From: Octopus vulgaris
Taxonomy: Eukaryota
Assembly: GCA_951406725.2 (NCBI GenBank)
Contig: OX597822.1
Coordinates: forward strand, 33,232,001 to 33,296,000
Length of the DNA: 64,000 nucleotides
Direction: 5' to 3'
Position numbers and translations under genes: made by a program. The first letter of the stretch is position 1. Each line of letters starts with the position of its first letter. The notes below the pieces were generated by a model. The model had not been told where the DNA came from and made no database searches. It was given only the letters and a program-made list of their open reading frames with translations. Below, piece by piece: positions 51,298-64,000 of the stretch.

Positions 51298-53262
51298 CTC
51301 CTCGCCAGACATCGACGTGAAACTTCAACAATTCATGTCTGTAATGCAAGCCATATGCTACAAATATGTCCCAGAGAGAAAGGCCACTGTACACAAGAAC
51401 AAAATCCCCAGAGAGAGGAAAATTCTAATGAGACGGCGTACAAAATTTTCAAATCGCCTAAACAAACAGATTGAAAGCAGTGAAAAGTCCCGCCTAAAAA
51501 TAAAACTGTTGGAAATCGAAAAATGTCTGAAACTCTCCCATGAAAAGGAAAGAGCAGACAAAGAAGCCTGGGCTATAGACAACATAAAATCTAACCCCAG
51601 AGCTTTCTACAGGTATGCCAAAGAAACAGCTACGGTGCACTGTAGAATAGGGCCACTCCTCGAAAAGGATGGCACACTTACAGGAAAACCAATGAGGGTA
51701 AGTGAAATACTGAATGAGCAATTCAAGAGTGTTTTCACTCCACCCCTTGGGCATCTCCAAATCACCAATCCAACTGACTTTTTTACCACTGCAGATATAA
51801 AATCAGAGGCGGCGACGATAGATTACATCGATATAAAGGAAGACGATGTAATCAAGGCTATAGATGAAATGAAAACAGACTCAGCTACTGGCCCCGATGG
51901 ATTCCCGGCAATCCTCCTAAAAGCATGTAAGAGAGTCCTAGCAAGACCACTGCAGTTCCTCTTTCAGAGCTTCCTTGCAGCTGGCAAACTTCCAAGAAAA
52001 CTGAAGGAAGGTAAAATATCATGGAATGATATGTCACAAACTGCGTGATCTCAACATAGTTGGAAAACTGGGAGAATGGCTTCATGACTTTCTGAAAGAT
52101 AGAAGTCAGGTGGTAGTGGCCAATGGGGCCACTTCCATTAACACGCAAATAGTGAGCGGTGTTCCGCAGGGCACTGTTCTGGGACCACTACTGTTCATAA
52201 TGGCCCTCTCAGACATGCCCTCAGCCACGCAGAGAGCCACGATCACAAGTTATGCAGATGATACAAAAGTTTCACAGGCAATACAGAACCCTGAGGACAC
52301 TAAACACCTGCAATGTGAGCTAGACAAAATATACAACTGGGCCGAAAAGAATAGCATGCAGTTCAATGCTGAAAATTTTCAAGCTCTATACTATCAGCAT
52401 GCAAAACTAAATGCAATACCCAATGAATACACTGGACCCGGAGGAATAGCAATCCCAGAGGCACAATCAGTGCGAGACCTAGGTATTTACATGAGTGATG
52501 ACGCGACCTTTCGTGTACATGTTGCTAAATTGGCAATGAAATGTAGACGACTGGCCGGATGGATCCTCAGAACCTTTAGAACAAGAGAACAAGAAACCAT
52601 GATGGTCCTCTGGAGGACACTTGTCCTAAGCCACTTTGACTACGGCTCTCAGTTATGGTCACCATCCAGTGTCAAGTTGATCACAGAGCTCGAGGCGATC
52701 CAACGTAGCTACACGAAGAAAATAGCCTCTATGCAGAATGTAAGCTACTGGGAAAGACTCAGGAAATTAAAATTATATTCCCTGGAGCGTAGGCGGGAAA
52801 GATATGCCATAATATACATCTGGAAGATCCTGGAGGGAAGTGTCCTGAACTTTGGCATCGAGAGTTACGCAAATGCCAGAACTGGGCGCCACTGCGTGGT
52901 GCCTAGGACTCCAAACTTGCCATCAAGATGTAGGACAAGATACTGTGATAGCCTGGGCTTCCGAGGCCCACAGCTCTTCAATATCCTCCCGAAGAACCTG
53001 AGAGACCTGCATGGGGTGGATACAGATGTCTTTAAAATGAAGCTGGATCTCTTCCTGTCAGGTGTCCCAGATGAACCAACTTCACGGCAGGAGGGGCAGA
53101 TGAGGGCAGCTGCATCGAACTCTCTCATGCACCAAATAGCAGCTGCTAGAAAGCCTTCATGAAGTGAAACCAAGTAGCAACACCAAATGGCGGTGCCCCA
53201 GCATGGCCACAGCTCATAAGCTGAAACTGGAAAAATCAAAATCAAAAAATCAAAATCAAATC
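51298..53262 (+). mobile_element. Second, 5'-truncated copy of the CR1-group LINE with a 284-bp internal deletion
   Basis: Highly similar to 40834-43060; lacks the equivalent of 41556-41839; (AAATC)n tail. Confidence 0.96.
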
Positions 53263-54070
53263 ATAACCGTGTTTAATAGAGTATTTTTAGAAAAAATAAT
53301 GAAAAATAGCTCAGAATTGCAGAGAAGACAGAATTTCTTGCCTTTGTCATATGGTATTGAAATTGAGAGAATCAACCATTCTAAATGTAATTGTTCATTG
53401 TGGTCTTTTAAATCCCAAATCAGTTTGCTGAGACCGGTACTATTCCGTTTATTTCTATCCCTAAATGTTAAGTAATAGATAGAAATTATTTTAGATAACT
53501 CTAACGATGTGCTTCCAATGTAAAATCGTACTTTATTACGAGTACTGATTATACATTGGTATATAGAATTTATAACCTTAGAGTTACTTGACATAAACTT
53601 AATTCTATTGGAATTGACTTCAGATACAATAACCTTGTTATTAATATTTCTAGAGGGTTGGATGGTATTAGCTAAATTAATGTTAGTATTAGTAAATGTA
53701 TTAATATTTAACAGTTTGTTATTATGAGAAGAGATAATTTACAAGAGATTTTTTGTGTTTGAAAAACCTATCCTAACCTTATGTGAATTGATTATAGAGT
53801 AATATCTAGAATTGTTAGGAAAATTCCTAGCAATAGCTTGACGAAACAGCAGTGGGAGATTAGATTTAATTTGTCTCCCGTAAGGAATTATTAACCAAAT
53901 ATTTTTACTAGTATTCATATGAAGGTGTTATATTTACTTTTAGATCGATAATAGGGGATTAAATAAGGGTTATCTGCCTTCATTCGCTTTGTATCGGTGC
54001 GTAAGATATGTTTGTTATCAATATTTCTTTATACATATATATATATATATATAAATAAACATATATATAT

Positions 54071-54154
<84 letters not shown>

Positions 54155-55729
54155 TATATACTATACAGGGAGAGTTTACGAAAAGAACAAAAGACGAAGG
54201 CAGGTGGTGAAAACAAACAGATGTATTAGTATAACGCTCAGGAATGGAAAAAGTCTTTTACGTTTCGGGCCTACGCTTTTCTACAGAAAGGGACACAGGA
54301 AAAGCAAGGAGAGAAAAAAGAGAGGAAAAAAGATGTGTAGTGGCTCTGTGGGTGTGCGTGGTTTCGGGTTCAGTCCCATAGTACGGTACCTTGCGTAATT
54401 GTCTTCCATTATAAACTTGGTCCAACCAGTGTCCTGCGAATGAATTTGGAAGATGAAAACTGTGTGAAAGACCGTCGTAAATATATATTTGTGTGTGTGT
54501 ATCTGTGTTTGTGTGTGAGAGCGTTTGTATTTTTTCCAATAACATCCTGACAACTGGTGTTGGTTTGATTATGTTCTCATAACTAGTGGTTCAATGAAAG
54601 AAATTGACAGAATAAATAGCAGACTTTAAAAAAATAAATCGTGGTGGCGATTCATTCCGTTAAACACTCCCTACCATGCCTGCAGTCCAATGATTGGCAC
54701 AACTGAATATTCGAGATATATTTTTCGACCCCGAGAAAACGAACAGCAAATTAGACCAAGAAAAGTTTTGAACTTAGAATATGAAGTGAGGATAACTAAA
54801 TACTGTAATGTACATTATGAAGTACTATACCGATTCCCACTACACCGCTCTAATAATTTTTCAGTAATTCAATAAAATTGTGCGAATCTAAAAAACGTAA
54901 TTGTCCCGTTATCGCAAAACAAATTTTTGTTGTTTTGTTTTGTGATTTTCTTGTTAGTCTTGATCGGTAATTTTCGACAGACGAGAAACCCGATTCACTC
55001 ATTACAAGATTTAATTAATTTAATAAACGAACGAAATTAAATAAGTTAATTAGTGACATTTCTTTGGTAGCCATGTGCAAATAAACTACAATTACGTATT
55101 AAGAACATGTTCTGCACTCAGTCAGAATTAACGTAGAGAGATTACAACGAGTAATATGTAAGAGAAGTACATAGAGTAACCAGAGAGATATAAAGCAAGA
55201 ATACATATATACATACATACAAATATATATATATATTCATATACATACAAATATATATGTGCTGTTTCGAAAATTAAGCAGAAGAATGACAAGGAAGGAA
55301 ATTATCACCCACAAGACATGGAAGTGTTTTTTCCTCATCAGTTACTGTCCAAAGTATTAGTACAATTTGATACATATGTATGTATGCATACATTTACATG
55401 AATACAAATATATACATATACATGTATACAATGATTTGTATTTGTGTAACATTTCTCCGTTTTTATTCCGTCCTTGTTCTCGTACACATTTGCTTCTTTC
55501 TTCCAAGGTATCTAATGCTCTTAGTTTAGTTTTGCCTTGGGACTGGCCAGATTGGACCAATCTCGAGTATAACCAGCCGAAATTGCAAAGATAATCTGGA
55601 ACTCGACTGAGGATAGTAAACTCCGAATGACCCGTCCTTGTTTTCTTTGTATCGTCTGTCTGGATGTTTTGCATTCTCGTCCCATTATATTTACACACAT
55701 ATATATATATAAAGGGAAAGTTTACGAAA

Positions 55730-55796
<67 letters not shown>

Positions 55797-55844
55797 AGAG
55801 AGAAAGAGAGAGAGAATAAAAAGTTTTGAATGGTACAACAATGC

Positions 55845-56460
55845 ACTATAATACAGACAATGGGCTATATACCTGTTGTAATTTAGTCATCCACAGTCTG
55901 ATATGATATTTCGGAATAATATTCCTTCTTCAGATATTCTTAGATGGAGTCGCTGGTATAATCGGTTTTCTAACGGCTTTTCTTCTCTATTTTTTGGAAG
56001 CGTCTCAGCAGTAGTCTCACGATGCTCCTTCCGAAATTCCTCATGAGAAGTGTATGAGGTCGGCCATGTCTCAATCTCGTGTGTGCTGGTACATCCGTAG
56101 CGCTGCTTCTAAGTTACGTATTATACGTGTAGATTTATTTTCCCCCCTTTTTTTGTTATAAACTACAGATGAGCATATTATCAGAAATGAACCTGCACGC
56201 ATCCAGATGTATCTAAATAATGTATTGATTACCACTCTCCAGCTTGTTGTTAATTTGGGGGCCTAGTCTGTGTATGAGTATAGCTTCCTTAATTCTTAAA
56301 TTACCCAGATTTCTTTCATTGTCCTCAATTGTGACTGTTATGCTTTTGTCGGTGTTCCGGCATCTGTCTATATGTTTTCTGAAGGAAGAAGTTCTCATGT
56401 TCAGATGTTCTTTGATGCGGACGTGTAACGGTCTTGTTGTGCTACTCACATAGAACTTGT

Positions 56461-56462
<2 letters not shown>
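55845..56462 (-). mobile_element. Penelope-like 3' fragment (GIY-YIG C-terminus plus terminus)
   Basis: FYVSSTTRPLHVRIKEH...LRIKEAILI..L.PQIN; terminal CTGAAGAA-GGAAT-ATT-ATTCC-GAAA hammerhead-like core at about 55900-55937. Confidence 0.85.
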
Positions 56463-56495
<33 letters not shown>

Positions 56496-56498
<3 letters not shown>

Positions 56499-56895
56499 CG
56501 CAGGAGTGGCTGTGTGGTAAGTAGCTTGTTCACCAACCACATGGTTCCGGGTTCAGTCCCACTGTGTGGCACCTTGGACAAGTGTCTTCTACTATAGCCT
56601 CGGCCGACCTAAGACTTGTGAGTGGATTTGGTAGACGGAAACTGAAAGAAGCCCGTCGTGTATATATATATATATGCGTGTGTGTGTTTGTGTGTCTGTG
56701 TTTGTCCCCCTAGCATTGCTTGACAACCGATGCTGGTGTGTTTATGTCCCCGTTACTTAGCGTTTCGGCAAAAGAGACCGATAGAATAAGTACTGGGCTT
56801 ACAAAAGAATAAGTCCCGGGGTCGAGTTGCTCGATTAAAGGCGATGCTCCAGCATGGCCGCAGTCAAATGACTGAAACAAGTAAAAGAGTAAAGA

Positions 56896-56897
<2 letters not shown>
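56496..56897 (+). mobile_element. SINE family A, full length
   Basis: Head to GTAAAAGA tail. Confidence 0.93.
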
Positions 56898-56939
<42 letters not shown>

Positions 56940-57149
56940 ACATACACAAGGATAAGCATATTAAAAGGGGTCCGTGGGAAAACTCCTATAAATAAAAAGG
57001 TTGGGAACCAATGCTAGAGAAGCTAAAGGTTTCGAAGAGTTCGTTGTTATCCACTTTCTAATTGGTTTTTGAAGAGATGTTCACATCAGCAAGACAACTA
57101 ACCTCTATGACAGTACACTCTTTTACACTCCTTTAATTGTCGTTCCTAA

Positions 57150-57543
57150 TTAACACTCTGGCCTGTTATGATTGCACTTGATAGATGTTTTAGTGTCAGA
57201 GCTATGCTGTCGGGAACTTCGGTTCCTGGTAGGTCCACCCAAGGCGGATTGGTCAGACACCGAGTGGTATTAGGGCCACAACCCGGCAGACGGGGTTCTG
57301 GTGAAAATCCTCGGAGTATCTGTTTCGGCAACCGGCGACTCCTCGGTCGTTCTGTCCCTGCGTCTGCGGACAATCTGCGGCAAACAGGATGTCTCTACAT
57401 GCGGGATTGTTGGGGACCGCTTGTGAAATTCATATTCCCACGAAACTTCTTCCACTGCCGTGATTCGAGATGCCTCGAGGGTGGTGGAAGAAGCCGACTC
57501 AACCCGCCCAGTGTGACTGTCGCCACAAGTAAGTACAAGTAAG
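57150..57543 (+). mobile_element. GC-rich short retroelement with a (CAAGTA)-like tail, possibly an RTE-derived non-autonomous element
   Basis: AGAGCTATGC...CCTGGTAGGTCCACCCAAGGCGGA resembles RTE 5' UTRs (from recall); tandem 3' tail. Confidence 0.45.
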
Positions 57544-58208
57544 GTAGATGTTTTGATGAGTATGTCCTATCACCATTATTCCTTGTGTTGATGTTTATAT
57601 ACGTATTCAATAACATGAATATTCTCTATATACATCCCAGAAAAGACTGCATTGTATTTTCGGATGGCATTGTATTTTGTTTTACCCAAAATGTCGTCCT
57701 CAAGTTCATATTCATGTAATTTATATGAAGAAAACAAAAAAAAAGGAACTGTATATAAAATATATTCATTGAATTTTCGTAAGCAACATAAGAAAAAAAA
57801 AAGATTCATGTTACCAGCATTATGATTCATTTGGCTATCGTACAAGAAATTGGCGGTCATTTTCTTTTTCGGCATTAAGCGACTATTATTTCTAATGGAG
57901 ATGTTCTTACAGAAGGAGTAAAAGAATTTAACATGCAAAATGTCTATCTAACTAAAAAAGGCACCTTCATAATAATTTAACAAATTACAAAGCGCCTGAT
58001 ATAACACCTGTTTAGGGTGGCGAGCTGGCAAAATCGTTAGCACACTGGGCAAATGCTTTACCATAGCCGTAAGCTGGCCAATAATGTCTTCTGAATGACA
58101 TTTTGTAGACGGAGAAACTATACAGAAGCCTATATTTGTGTGTGTATGCTGATGTATATGTGTATGTTACTGAATATTTGTTCATGTGTGTGTATTGGTG
58201 TGTGCGTG

Positions 58209-58274
<66 letters not shown>

Positions 58275-58883
58275 TGTGCGCGCGTGTGTGTTGGTGTGAA
58301 TGTGTGTGTACACTATGGGTGTGTGTTGCGCTTGTGTCTCACACAACACAGCGGGCTGAAAAGAACTTGTCTAAAATATGTAACTCAGCCACCCGATAGG
58401 AAGATGTATCAAATAGAAGCAGGTACTAAGGTCAATATTATCGAATACAAAACCATTGCAGGTAAAGCTCCAGACTGACCACAATCCAATTACTGAAACC
58501 AGTAAAATACTTTATTAAAAAAATAGAAATACCATTCCGAAATCCAATCATTGTTTCGGATTGATGATCGTTTGATGTGGTATTATAATCGTGTAATCAA
58601 TTATATACGTAAATAATTAATTAAGTAAATATTTTTATATTATTATGTACCAAGTTACTTAGTTTTGATTAAGAACCGTTATTATTTGGTAAAATGTTTG
58701 TTTTCGAATTATATTACTGTCCTCAAATTATGAAGTTGGTGTGATTTGCCAATATCAATTTACTTATGAAAACGAGAGAAAAAGTTGCTGAGACAGCCGA
58801 AAGATTAGCAAGCAATACGCTTTTGTTGCTGGCAATACTTTGTGTCTATCACGAAGAAAATTTACTTCCCTAATTTATACTGG

Positions 58884-59108
58884 TCCTCCGTCGGTTACAA
58901 CGATGAGAGTTCCTGTTAAACCGACCAATAGAACATCCTGCTAGTGAAGTCAACGTGCAATTGGCTGAGCACTCCACAAGCACGTGTACCATTAACGTAG
59001 TTCTCAATGAGATTCAACGTGACACAAGAGGTAACAAGGTCGGCCCCTTTGAAATACAGGTACTACTCATGTTTGCCAGCTGGGTGGACTGGAACAACGT
59101 GAAATAAA
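58884..59108 (-). mobile_element. SINE fragment: family D body plus tail type 3
   Basis: TTTCACGTTGTTCCAGTCCAC as at about 20767, then GTACCTGTATTTCAAAGGG...GTAACCGACGGAG as at about 10494-10670. Confidence 0.75.
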
Positions 59109-59209
59109 CTGTTTCGTTTCCCTAATTTTAACTAAGAGATAGCGAAGTCTCAGAAAAACAGTTGCTCGTGTTTTGCAGTTTCTCGACTACTTCTTCAGTT
59201 ATTGTACAC

Positions 59210-59630
59210 AGGCGTAGGAGTGGCTGTGTGGTAAGTGGCTTGCTTACCAACCACATGGTTCCGGGTTCAGTCCCACTGCGTGGCACCTTGGGCAAGTGTC
59301 TTCTACTATAGCCTAGGACCGACCAAAGTTTTGTGAGTGGATTTCGTAAACGGAAACTGAAAGAAGCTCGTCGTATATATGTATATATATGTATGTGTGT
59401 GTATATGTTTGTGTGTCTGTGTTTGTACACCCAACATCGCTTGACAACCGATGCTGGTGTGTTTATGTCCCCGTAACTTAGCGGTTCGGCAAAGGACAGC
59501 AATAGAATAAGTACTAGGCTTACAAAGAATAAGTCTTGGGGTCGATTTGCTCGACTAAAGGCGGTGCTCTAGCATGGCCATAGTCAAATGACTGAAACAA
59601 GTAAAAGAGTAAAAGAGGAAAGAGTAAAGA
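59210..59630 (+). mobile_element. SINE family A, full length with TSD
   Basis: GTACACAGG at 59204-59212 and 59631-59639. Confidence 0.93.
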
Positions 59631-60217
59631 GTACACAGGTCGTTCTGATGCCGTGTTCGTTGCTTACGCCGATCTATGGAATTGCTTTAAGCTGAGTCGA
59701 ACTATTTGATTATTCAAAAATCGTTGCAATACCGCATAGCAATACCATGTAGTAATACCGAATGGCAATAACGTATGTCTCTAGCCAAGTCAGCTCATAT
59801 ATGTCCCAGTTTACCTTACTTTAAATACAAAGCAAATCGTAATGAATTCCAAATATTAGGACGTACAGAGAAAAGAGATAGCGACGTTTCGGACAAGTTG
59901 CCTTTTATCATAATAGATAGGTGAGTAATAATCTTTGAAGTGAAAAACACGAGCCAACGGGAACATCCACGTTGTTGCTCAAAATGTCAAAAATAGGTAG
60001 TAAATCCGCTCTAGATCATACACCACCGGAGTAAAAAGAAAAGACGCATTCAATAATGAGGTCCGGGATTCACAGCATCTGAAAAAGTGTCGAGATAGCC
60101 ATAGAAAAATGTCTGTGATCATAGAGATATTCGATTGGCACCGAACTATCTGTCGATCAACGGACAACAATGACATCAAGAATAAAAGCAACAGCAGCAG
60201 CAACAACAACAACAGCA

Positions 60218-60410
60218 GTGGAGGCGCAATGGCCCAGTGCTTAGGAGAGCGGACTCGCGGTCGTAAGAACGCGGTTTCGATTCCCACACCTGGCATTGTG
60301 AGTGTTTATTGAACAAAAACACCTAAGCTCCACGAGGCTCCGGCGGAAAGGGGTGTGTGAACCCCACTGTACTCTTTTACCATAATTTTCTCTCATTCTT
60401 TCTTCCTACT
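60218..60410 (+). mobile_element. SINE family C head and body, tail absent or replaced
   Basis: GTGGAGGCGCAATGGCCCAGTG...GTTTCGATTCCC. Confidence 0.8.
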
Positions 60411-60699
60411 TCTGCCACAAAGCAGAGGAACCATGATGTAACCCACTATGGTGTGGTAAACTTTCAGACCCTAGTCTAGATTGCAAGTCCTCTGTACCCC
60501 CAGGATGGTTCAGCTCTCCACCCGTTAAAAGCCACCATTTACGGAATGAGGACAACAACGTAGCTTTCGCGCCCGTGCAACCGCCAGCCTATCGCGTGTG
60601 GTGGTTGGATCTTCAAGTTGCCACACGCATTCTTAGTAGCTTAGAGTAGGCTCGAATTAGAAATTATTCTTTGTGGCTAAATGGTGTGAGTCCTGATTG

Positions 60700-61042
60700 G
60701 AAGAAGAAGAAGAAGAAGAAGAAGAAGAAGAAGAAGAAGAAGAAGAAGAGGAGAAGAAGAAGAAGAAGAAGAAGAAGAAGAAAAGAAGAAGAAGAAAAGG
60801 AGGAGGAAGAAGAAAATGAAGGAGAAGATGAGAAAGAAGAAAAGGAAGAAGAAGAAGTAAAGGAGGAGGAAGAAGAAAATGAAGAAGAAGAAGAAGAAAA
60901 GGAGGAGGAAGAAGAAAATGAAGGAGAAGAAGAGAAAGAAGAAAAGGAAGAAGAAGAAGAAGAAGAAGGAGGAGGAGGAGGAGGAGGGGAAGAAGAAGAA
61001 GAAGAAGAAGACAGCAGCAGTAGCAGCAGCAACAACAGCAAC
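60700..61042. repeat. (GAA)n/(GGA)n polypurine compound microsatellite
   Basis: Directly visible. Confidence 0.95.
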
Positions 61043-61593
61043 AGTTACAAGAACTGATGCAAATTTCACTGGCAAGAATTTCTTAAGTTCGGTCTTTTGC
61101 ATGAATACGAGCAGAAGGGAAATGGGCTCTGCCAAATTGATGTAATCAGTAAGTTTTCCTCTCCCAAGGAATTATATTAAATGACTAACACAGTGCCAAG
61201 ATTGTGGTATTCTGGTTGTAGCTAAACGGTTCGATATGGTAGGTACTTGTATCAGTAAATATTATAAATATCTGTTGCGTGTATAACTTTCTGTAACATA
61301 TTTTACTGTGTAACATGTTTTGTTTCTAAGAACACACACCATTATTTTGGCGAAACAACATGAACTGCTTGCAGCAAGCTGCAGTGTATCGAACCGAGGG
61401 AACCACTAAGTGATCGCTGCACTTGTTAGAAATAGCGGCGAAAGTCTATCTCACCTTATTAGTGTATCGACTTGATAATGAAGTGAAATGTACGCCGGAA
61501 CAACGAGGTTGTCATCATAACTTAAAAGTCTCTGATTTTAATATTTATCTGGGACCAATCAAAAACCGCAATAAGAAGCTATATGTTAAATAT

Positions 61594-62011
61594 ACTCTTT
61601 TTTTAACTCTTTTTACTTGTTTCAGTCATTTGACTGCGGCCATGCTGGAGCACCGCCTTTAGTCGAGCAAATCGACCCCGGGACTTATTCTTTGTAAGCC
61701 CAGTACTTATTCTATCGGTCTCTTTTGCCGAACCGCTAAGTTACGGGGACGTAAACACACCAGCATCGGTTGTCAAGCAATGCTAGGGGAACAAACACAG
61801 ACACACAAACATATTCACACACACTTATATATATATATACATATATACGACAGGCTTCTTTCAGTTTCCGTCTACCAAATCCACTCACAAGGCATTGGTC
61901 GGCCCGGGGCTATAGCAGAAGACACGTGCCCAAGATGCCACGCAGTGGGACTGAACCCGGAACCATGTGGTTGGTTAGCAAGCTACTTACCAAACAGCCA
62001 CTCCTGCGCCT
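61594..62011 (-). mobile_element. SINE family A, full length
   Basis: Homology to other copies. Confidence 0.93.
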
Positions 62012-62019
62012 AAATATGT

Positions 62020-62470
62020 GTATATTTCTTCAGTTGTAGCTTTTCGATCAGTAATTGATCCTTACAGCCATACGCGTTTTTGTAGCATCTTTCTTGTGTG
62101 TCTAGAGAGACGGGATGCTTTCTTCTAAATGCTTGTTCTCCCTCTGCGATATTATTGCAGCTGAAGCTTTGAAGGCTGTAAGAAGACGTCTCAGATCTCT
62201 AGTGTTGCCTTTGGCTCCGTCAGTAGCTCATTAAACATTTTGCTTCTATCTTATGCGTCTCTGTTTTTAAATATATTTTTTCCACTAATAGCTGGAGACA
62301 TTGTCTTGTCCGTTGCCTTCCAGTTGCTCGTGTTTTGCAGTTTCTCGACTACTTCTTCAGTTATTGTACGCACACAAGTCGTTCTGATGCCGTGTTCGGT
62401 GCTTTCGCCGACCTATAGATTTGCTTTAAGCTGGAGTCGAACTATTTGATCATTCAAAAATCGTTGCTAT
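62020..62470 (-). pseudogene. Degenerate R4/Dong-like RT N-terminal fragment
   Basis: ITEEVVEKLQNTSNWKA and CYKNAYGCKDQLLIEK (compare NWKAPG and GCKDQLLI.K of the R4 clade). Confidence 0.7.
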
Positions 62471-63450
62471 TTTTCATTTCAACTAAAGTACAGCTTTTGT
62501 CAGGCTGTATTTCTGTTTTATATGTTCTTTCTTTTTTAGTTTTGTTGATTTGTTATTCATTTCATTGAGAATTGAAAGGTCCATTCACTTATTTTCTTGG
62601 GTTTTTTTTAAAATATTTTTCATGTTATTTGCTAGGGTTTCGATACTCCTATTTGAGTGGATTTGAGAGTATACCCACCGTCTTTTCTAACCACAGTGAC
62701 TGCTGTATATATTACTTTATTTGACATGGTAATGCTGACGTTTTAGTCTGATTTAAATCTGTGTTAGGTTATATTTTTATTTTTAGGGCTATTTTCGTCG
62801 TGGCGTTTTACACTTGAAGTTTGGATATGCTTAGTTCATAGGCAGAGCTATTGCTCTTAATTCTTGAATTTTAACCGTCTTTTAATTTTTTCTCATATTC
62901 TCTTTTATTTACATTTTTGTTTGTGGAGCTTCTCGCTGTGAAACAGATATTGTTACTCTCTGGGTAGGAAGGATCGTTCTTCCACTACTCACAACAAAAC
63001 GTTTTCCAAATTGAGTTGCAGAAAGAGAATGACGTTGAAAATGTTGCAGCCGTGTGGCGAAAGCTTTGGCTCAAGGAACATTAATCAAAAATTAATTTAC
63101 TGATTAATTAACAGCATTTAAATTAATTACCTGATTAAACAATTAACTAATCAGAGAAGTGAACTAGAAGTATTTGCAATTTTTTTATAGCATTTTTAGC
63201 AGAATGATCCTCAAAAGTACAATATCTGTATCAATACACGATTTCGCATCAAGAATCCTGCAGAACAAATGGGAAATCGATGTATTGTGGTCTTACTTTG
63301 GTTAACAATAAACTGGAAACACTGTATTTGCTCTATTGTTTGAATAAGAAAATAACAACTCCAATATTTCTCTTTATATTCAATGAAATGCAGGAAGAGG
63401 AAGACAGTGAAAAAAAAACCATGTTCGTGTCGTAAAAGACTAACAAGTAT

Positions 63451-63665
63451 TCTTTTATTCTTTTACTTGTTTAAGTCATTTGACTGCAGCCATGCTGGAC
63501 CACCGTCTTAAAGGGTTTTTAGTCGAAGAAAGACCCCCAGCACTTAATCTTTGCAAGCCTTGTATTTATTCTATCAATCTCTTTTGCCGAACTGCTAAGT
63601 TACAAGGGCATAAGTACACCAACATCAGTTGTCAAGCGATAGGGGGATATAGACAAACGCACACA
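63451..63665 (-). mobile_element. SINE family A, 3' half (diverged)
   Basis: Homology to other copies. Confidence 0.8.
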
Positions 63666-63680
63666 CATACATACACATAA

Positions 63681-64000
<320 letters not shown>

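Larger units (their letters stand above)
50915..54020 (-). mobile_element. Penelope-like element 3' part (GIY-YIG plus terminus), interrupted by a LINE
   Basis: IYQC...FYIGST...LSKLIWDLKD...CLLCNSE...LLN at 53594-53263 continues as YRCKHWQKHTFSAYK* below 51297; hammerhead at 50961-51046. Confidence 0.85.

Noticed and set aside
55600-55640. CTGAGGA...GAA hammerhead-like motif in a dispersed repeat
   Set aside because: Stems I and III cannot be formed convincingly
60664-61145. Acidic, Lys-rich or Ser-rich ORFs
   Set aside because: Products of the (GAA)n microsatellite

Overview
AT-rich, microsatellite-dense animal DNA with no recognisable host protein-coding exon. The repeat content suggests an octopus/cephalopod genome (inference from recalled repeat families, not checked). 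The window is almost entirely transposable elements: a near full-length CR1-group LINE (ORF1 39124-39909, intact APE+RT ORF2 to 42982) preceded by a 1.2-kb AT-rich tandem array; a second truncated copy of it nested inside a Penelope-like element; another CR1-group 3' fragment; R4/Dong-like RLE LINE remnants associated with (TACA)n; several Penelope-like fragments and fold-back structures; three Tc1/mariner relics and a MITE; a Helitron Rep remnant and three non-autonomous Helitrons; and many tRNA-derived SINEs from about four families with swapped head and tail modules. The most notable hidden signal is a set of minimal type I hammerhead ribozyme motifs in unrelated families, including a U3:A8 variant inside a ~430-bp non-coding element flanked by 13-bp direct repeats (retrozyme-like). 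Most ORFs in the supplied track are microsatellite artefacts. All alignments and folds were done by eye, so boundaries of degenerate elements are approximate.
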